A stretch of 64,000 nt of DNA from Amoebidium appalachense (taxonomy: Eukaryota > Protista > Ichthyosporea). The DNA lies in the NCBI GenBank assembly GCA_963693365.1, contig CAVNZM010000010.1, forward strand, positions 620,001-684,000, read 5' to 3'. Position 1 is the stretch's first letter. Every line of letters starts with the position of its first letter. Of this stretch, positions 53,915 to 64,000 are shown piece after piece. Under the pieces are notes generated by a model. The model had not been told where the DNA came from. It worked only from the letters and a program-made list of their open reading frames with translations, and searched no databases. Made by a program: the position numbers and the translations under genes.

Positions 53915-54243
53915 GAGGGCCTAACCACATCGGCAGAGTCAACTTGCAAATAACAGAATTATTCTGCAAAAAGCAGAATTATTCTGCTTAAAAGCAGAAT
54001 TATTCTGCATAAGCCGAATTACTCTGCTTTTAGCAGAGTGATTCTGCATTTAGCAGAATTAATCTGCTTTAAGCAGATTGATTATGCTGTTTGCAGAGTG
54101 ATCCTGCTTTTAGCAGAATGATTCTGCTTTTGCAGAATAGTTCTGCTTTTAGCAGAAACAATCTGCTAGATGCAGAATTATTCTGCAAAAGCAGAGTAAT
54201 TCTGCTCGGAGCAAGTTAACTCAGCCGATGTGGTTGGGCCCTC
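53915..54243. mobile_element. Sola2-like element copy 4 (329 bp)
   Basis: gagggcctaaccacatcggcagagtcaacttgc / gcaagttaactcagccgatgtggttgggccctc; 4-bp TSD cttg (53911-14 / 54244-47). Confidence 0.88.
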
Positions 54244-54559
54244 CTTGGCATCAATACATAAAGTATTTCTTCAGAGCATTTTCGTTTTTATATTATTGTT
54301 CATTACAGTTCATATCTGGCTGTTATTTTATCAATACGAAAAAAGAAAAAAAAAGATTTAAGTTTGGGTACCAGCCCCAAATAAATCGCCGCTGTTGTTG
54401 ATTTACATTTCAGACTTAGCCCACTGCCCCGATGATACCTACAAAACCCACTTGTGCACTGAGATAGCATTATTATATAACTTTTATCAATTGCAAGATC
54501 ACGGTGAGACTAAAATGCAGCTGTAATACCTAAAAACCACCAAATAAGCACTCCGAATT

Positions 54560-55273
54560 TTAGTTGAGCAAAGCAGCAACCAGGGCAGCAGCAGCAGCAA
54601 CCAGCGTAGGAACAACCTTCCCCCCAACATTAGCTACGTTCTTGCTTGCAGCCGCATGGGCTGAAATTTCCTCCACGCTCTTAGGGTCAGCATACACAAC
54701 ACTGGGCTCAACAGGAACAATTTTGGTGGGCTCAGGAGCAACTGTTACGGTGCTTGTGGGAATGGCGGGCTTTTCCGTTGTTGATGCCGTTCTGGGCTTG
54801 ACGTTTTCCGTGGTGGTAGTGGTGGTGGTGGTGGTGGTGGGTGGATCAACAATAATAGGAACATCGACGTTCTGAGCAATAACAGCGTTGGCACCCATGA
54901 AAGAGGTCTTACCGTATGTGAGGGTAACACCTTCGAGCGTGGTGCACTGAACGCACTCACCGAAGGGAAGAGAAAGGGTTCCCCCTGGGAAGCAAGGGAG
55001 GTCGGTTGGAACGGGAACTGCACACGTGTTGTCGGCGAAGAGGCTAACCTTAACTCCGTCAGCGGAGACGTTAATCTTGGTGTAGCCCTTAATACCGCCC
55101 ATTTCTGCAGTTATGGGAGAGCACCCGCTCGACGTGGTTTCCACGGGAATGCAGAGGTTGGCTTCGGCGCATTCTAGGTCATTCCCTCCGAATTTTTGAG
55201 AGAAACAGACTGAGTTGGTGGCGGCATAGATGGAGGAGGCACCAACAGCGGCAATAACAGCGGACTTGAACAT
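54560..55273 (-). CDS. Secreted, probably GPI-anchored surface protein (Cys-rich head, Thr/Pro-rich stalk), 237 aa
   Basis: Signal peptide MFKSAVIAAVGASSIYA, 8-Cys N-terminal domain, poly-Thr stalk, hydrophobic C-terminus LVAAAAALVAALLN; single exon with upstream TATA. Confidence 0.88.
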   Translation of the reverse strand: MFKSAVIAAVGASSIYAATNSVCFSQKFGGNDLECAEANLCIPVETTSSGCSPITAEMGGIKGYTKINVSADGVKVSLFADNTCAVPVPTDLPCFPGGTLSLPFGECVQCTTLEGVTLTYGKTSFMGANAVIAQNVDVPIIVDPPTTTTTTTTTTENVKPRTASTTEKPAIPTSTVTVAPEPTKIVPVEPSVVYADPKSVEEISAHAAASKNVANVGGKVVPTLVAAAAALVAALLN

Positions 55274-55394
55274 TTTTGCGGATGTTAAAGTGTATTTGTA
55301 CAGTCGGTTTGTTTTTGTGCTGGCGTGGAGTTAGCTGTTTTGCGTGTGTGCGTTGCTGTTGATCGTTCTGGAGAATGAAATGGGTGACGCTTGT

Positions 55395-55425
55395 TTATAT
55401 ACCCCTGCTGCTTGCCCCCGATTGG
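55395..55425 (-). promoter_or_regulatory. TATA box + CCAAT box of the surface-protein gene
   Basis: Minus-strand tatataa at 55395-55401 and ccaat at 55421-25, ~120 nt upstream of the ATG. Confidence 0.55.
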
Positions 55426-56236
55426 TTAGAGTTGGCGATATTGTCAAAACATGATTGGCGCGAATGATCTGTTCTAGAGTAGTACAAAATAAAAGGAAAA
55501 AAAGAAACGAAAGAATGGATGAAGAGGGTAAACCAAGATGAGTGTTGAAATTATGTCATGCTTATAGCTTCTCTCATTCTATCATGTATCATATTCTTTC
55601 AACACCATTGTCAATCGCTCGCACACTAGCTTCGCACACTCACATCCGACTGACGGACGCGGCATACTAGTAGGCGATCATAATGATCACGGCGCAGCTG
55701 CTTGCATGTAGGATAGCCATCTATTTGCCGCGCTCTATTGCGTCCTGGTGATTGGGGCATCTAACGTTGAGCTCCGTCGCTAGATCCGCTAGTCCGCGCC
55801 GAAACGCGTGCACTGCGAAGGCAGTTCTCGACTAGTTAATTAATATTTGAGCTCGGCTGTCACATCGGCATCACGAGACAATGCGCAAAAGCCTAAAACA
55901 CAAACACATGATGCAGCTTTTACTGTACCAACCACGAGAGTGGTGGTGCACGTGGTGCCGCGCACGCGCGGGGGGAGGGGGGGGGGGGGGGGGGGGGGAA
56001 TCTCCGGAGATCTGTGTGTGTGCCGTTCAATGGGGAGGGAGGGGCAGGCTATTATTACGGGAACCGTACCCTTATCGATATCAGAAGGTTATTCCCCCCC
56101 CCCCCCCACCACCACCACCACCACCACCCCGCGCCCGCGCACCCACCCACCCAAAACACAAACACACACACAAACAGATAACTTGTGCACATACATACAC
56201 AGACACAGACACAGACACACACACGCACACAGACAC

Positions 56237-56447
56237 ATGGCACAATTCCCTGCATACTGGAATATGCACGTGATCTCATAAACCAGCACATCTGCCACAC
56301 ATTGCGACCTCGCTGGTATCGCCACTGCAGTATCCTAAGGCTGCGAAGATTGTGATAACATGCTTTTTACTGTGTCTCACGTACAACCAGTTTTTAATCC
56401 AATATATATATTCACAGCATTCAGGGGGAATCGCACCACTGCATGCA
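56237..56447 (-). ncRNA. Putative structured-RNA family copy N
   Basis: Minus strand: tgcgatt ... gcag-ccttaggata-ctgc ... ggtcgca (two U-G wobbles) ... gaattgtgcc. Confidence 0.4.
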
Positions 56448-57325
56448 TGACGCGTACATATGCTCATCTAAACACAAGGTCTATGAACTGAAGTTTCATA
56501 GTAAATTATCATGTGACTGAAATACTGTATATACTAGAAACCCAATTGGAACCGAGATAATCTAAAGCAAGCGTTTACGAAAAACTTGACAAAAAATGCC
56601 AGAAATAACTTGGAAATTCAGAAAGCACCGCCAACAAAACATTCAGAATTACTGTCCCAGCATGAAACACTGTATCCCCCGCACATTAATGAATGTCACA
56701 CGTCACGCTCTCTCTCTGTCCTCTGATTGACATTAAAAACAAACCCACGCACAACATTCATGAAACAGCTACTGGCTAAGTTTGCCGGCCCGCCACAACG
56801 TATCTCATAAGAACCACAATCCACCCTCTCCCCTCCCTTCGCCCCCCCTCCCTTCGCCCCCCCCCCCCCCCTCCCCTTCCCCCCCCCCCCCCCCCCCCCC
56901 CCCCCCTTCCCCCCCCCCCCTTTTCGCCCTCTCCCTAGAGGAGCAAAGAAAAAATAATACACTTACAGAATGTTACTGTAAATCTTGAACGTTGCTTCAT
57001 GATACAAAATCCATCAAATGATGTGAAGGCAAGGCAACGTCATAGGCAGCCGAAAACAGAAGAAAAAAACAAAAAAAAAAAAACAAGACGCATAAAAAAA
57101 AAAGAAAGGAAGGAAGAGAAAAGGGGGGAAAAAAGGAAAAAATCTAGGGGCAAAAAAAAAAAAAGGAAAAAAAAAAAGAAAGAAAAAGAAAGGCCCCTAC
57201 CCGCCAACCCAACCCCATGAATAAAATAGGGAATACCCGTATGCAAACCGGACACTCCAAATCCTCCAATCATATCTTGGTGTTTTCTAGAGCATTGCAA
57301 AATGAGGGTTTCTTGCAGCCACTCT

Positions 57326-63000
<5,675 letters not shown>

Positions 63001-63070
63001 CTGAAAGAGAGAAATGGAGGGGGGGAAAAAAAAAAAAGGAAGAGAGAGAGAGAGAGAGAGAAAGAAACGC

Positions 63071-63111
<41 letters not shown>

Positions 63112-63556
63112 GATGTATGCGTTAGAGGGTTGGAAACATGGAGGAGACAACAAAGAGCAACAAAAAAGCGTCACACAAGTGGGAAACCCAAAATCAAGCA
63201 ATTTGAGCGTGCAGGCAGAACCACTTAAACAGAGCCCATCATCAGGGGGGTTCCTATGCCTCCGCAAAAGCATGGGTTTCGACTCTTTAACCTCTCACGT
63301 GTGGTTCCCAACCCATACTTTGTTTCAACAGCAATAGACGAGTCCACCCATCTTGGAGAAGAAGAGGATGAGAAGAAGGGGGAAAGGAGGAACACCGAAG
63401 AGAAAGTGGGAACGAAAAGAAACCATGGGGGGATTGGGGGGGGGAAAGGGGGGAGGGGGGGGGGGGACGAAGGAGCGTGTGGGTAGATCAAAAATGAAGC
63501 CTTCGTCAAACCGCAAACATGGTACAACCGGTAACTATCAAAATATTGGGAGCCAG

Positions 63557-63594
<38 letters not shown>

Positions 63595-63637
63595 ACACCA
63601 CCACCACCACACCACCACCACAACCCAAAAAAAAAAG

Positions 63638-63681
<44 letters not shown>

Positions 63682-64000
63682 AAATTGATAAACAACCTGT
63701 GTGTCCCCCTTCCATCACCATCCCACGGTCACCCATGTACGACGAACACAGCCATCCCATAAACAAACATATCCATCCCCCCACCCTCCCCTACCCCCCA
63801 CCCCTCTTCCCTCCCTTCTTAAACACACACACACACACACGCTTACAGATAGGGAGACACCCACGTTAACACACATGCAGCAACCCTTAGCCACATTCAC
63901 GCATGCACCCCCCCGGCCCCCCCGCCCCCCCCCCCCCCCCTCCTCACCCCATCCCTCCGCCCCCCTCACCCCAGCCCCCCCCCCCCCCCCCCCCCCATCC

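Noticed and set aside
63120-63360. Additional upstream Sel1-gene exon (WVDSSIAVETKYG...)
   Set aside because: Acceptor and donor phases could not be reconciled confidently with the exon starting at 63000.

Overview
Eukaryotic genomic DNA with spliceosomal GT-AG introns and very dense (CA)n/(GT)n, (CT)n and poly-G/C tracts. The gene style suggests a unicellular opisthokont, possibly an ichthyosporean, but that is a guess. Five protein genes can be reconstructed by hand: a 7-exon ~1334-aa protein with five globin-like domains (+), a secreted Cys-rich protein (+), a 3-exon long-chain acyl-CoA synthetase (-), a secreted/GPI-type Cys+Thr-rich protein (-) and a Sel1-repeat protein whose 5' end is unresolved (-). 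There is also a BTB/KCTD pseudogene, a rearranged LINE (APE-RT), two 9-bp-TSD MULE-like MITEs and four Sola2-like elements with internal palindromic arrays (three keep a 4-bp TSD). The main unexplained signal is a family of about 13-14 highly diverged 150-300 nt elements in the gene-free stretches (11.7-23.6 kb and 44-56.5 kb). They keep the same motif order and the same two helices through compensatory substitutions and sit in mostly co-oriented clusters, which points to an unrecognised multi-copy structured RNA family. All alignments and pairings were done by eye; no database searches were run.
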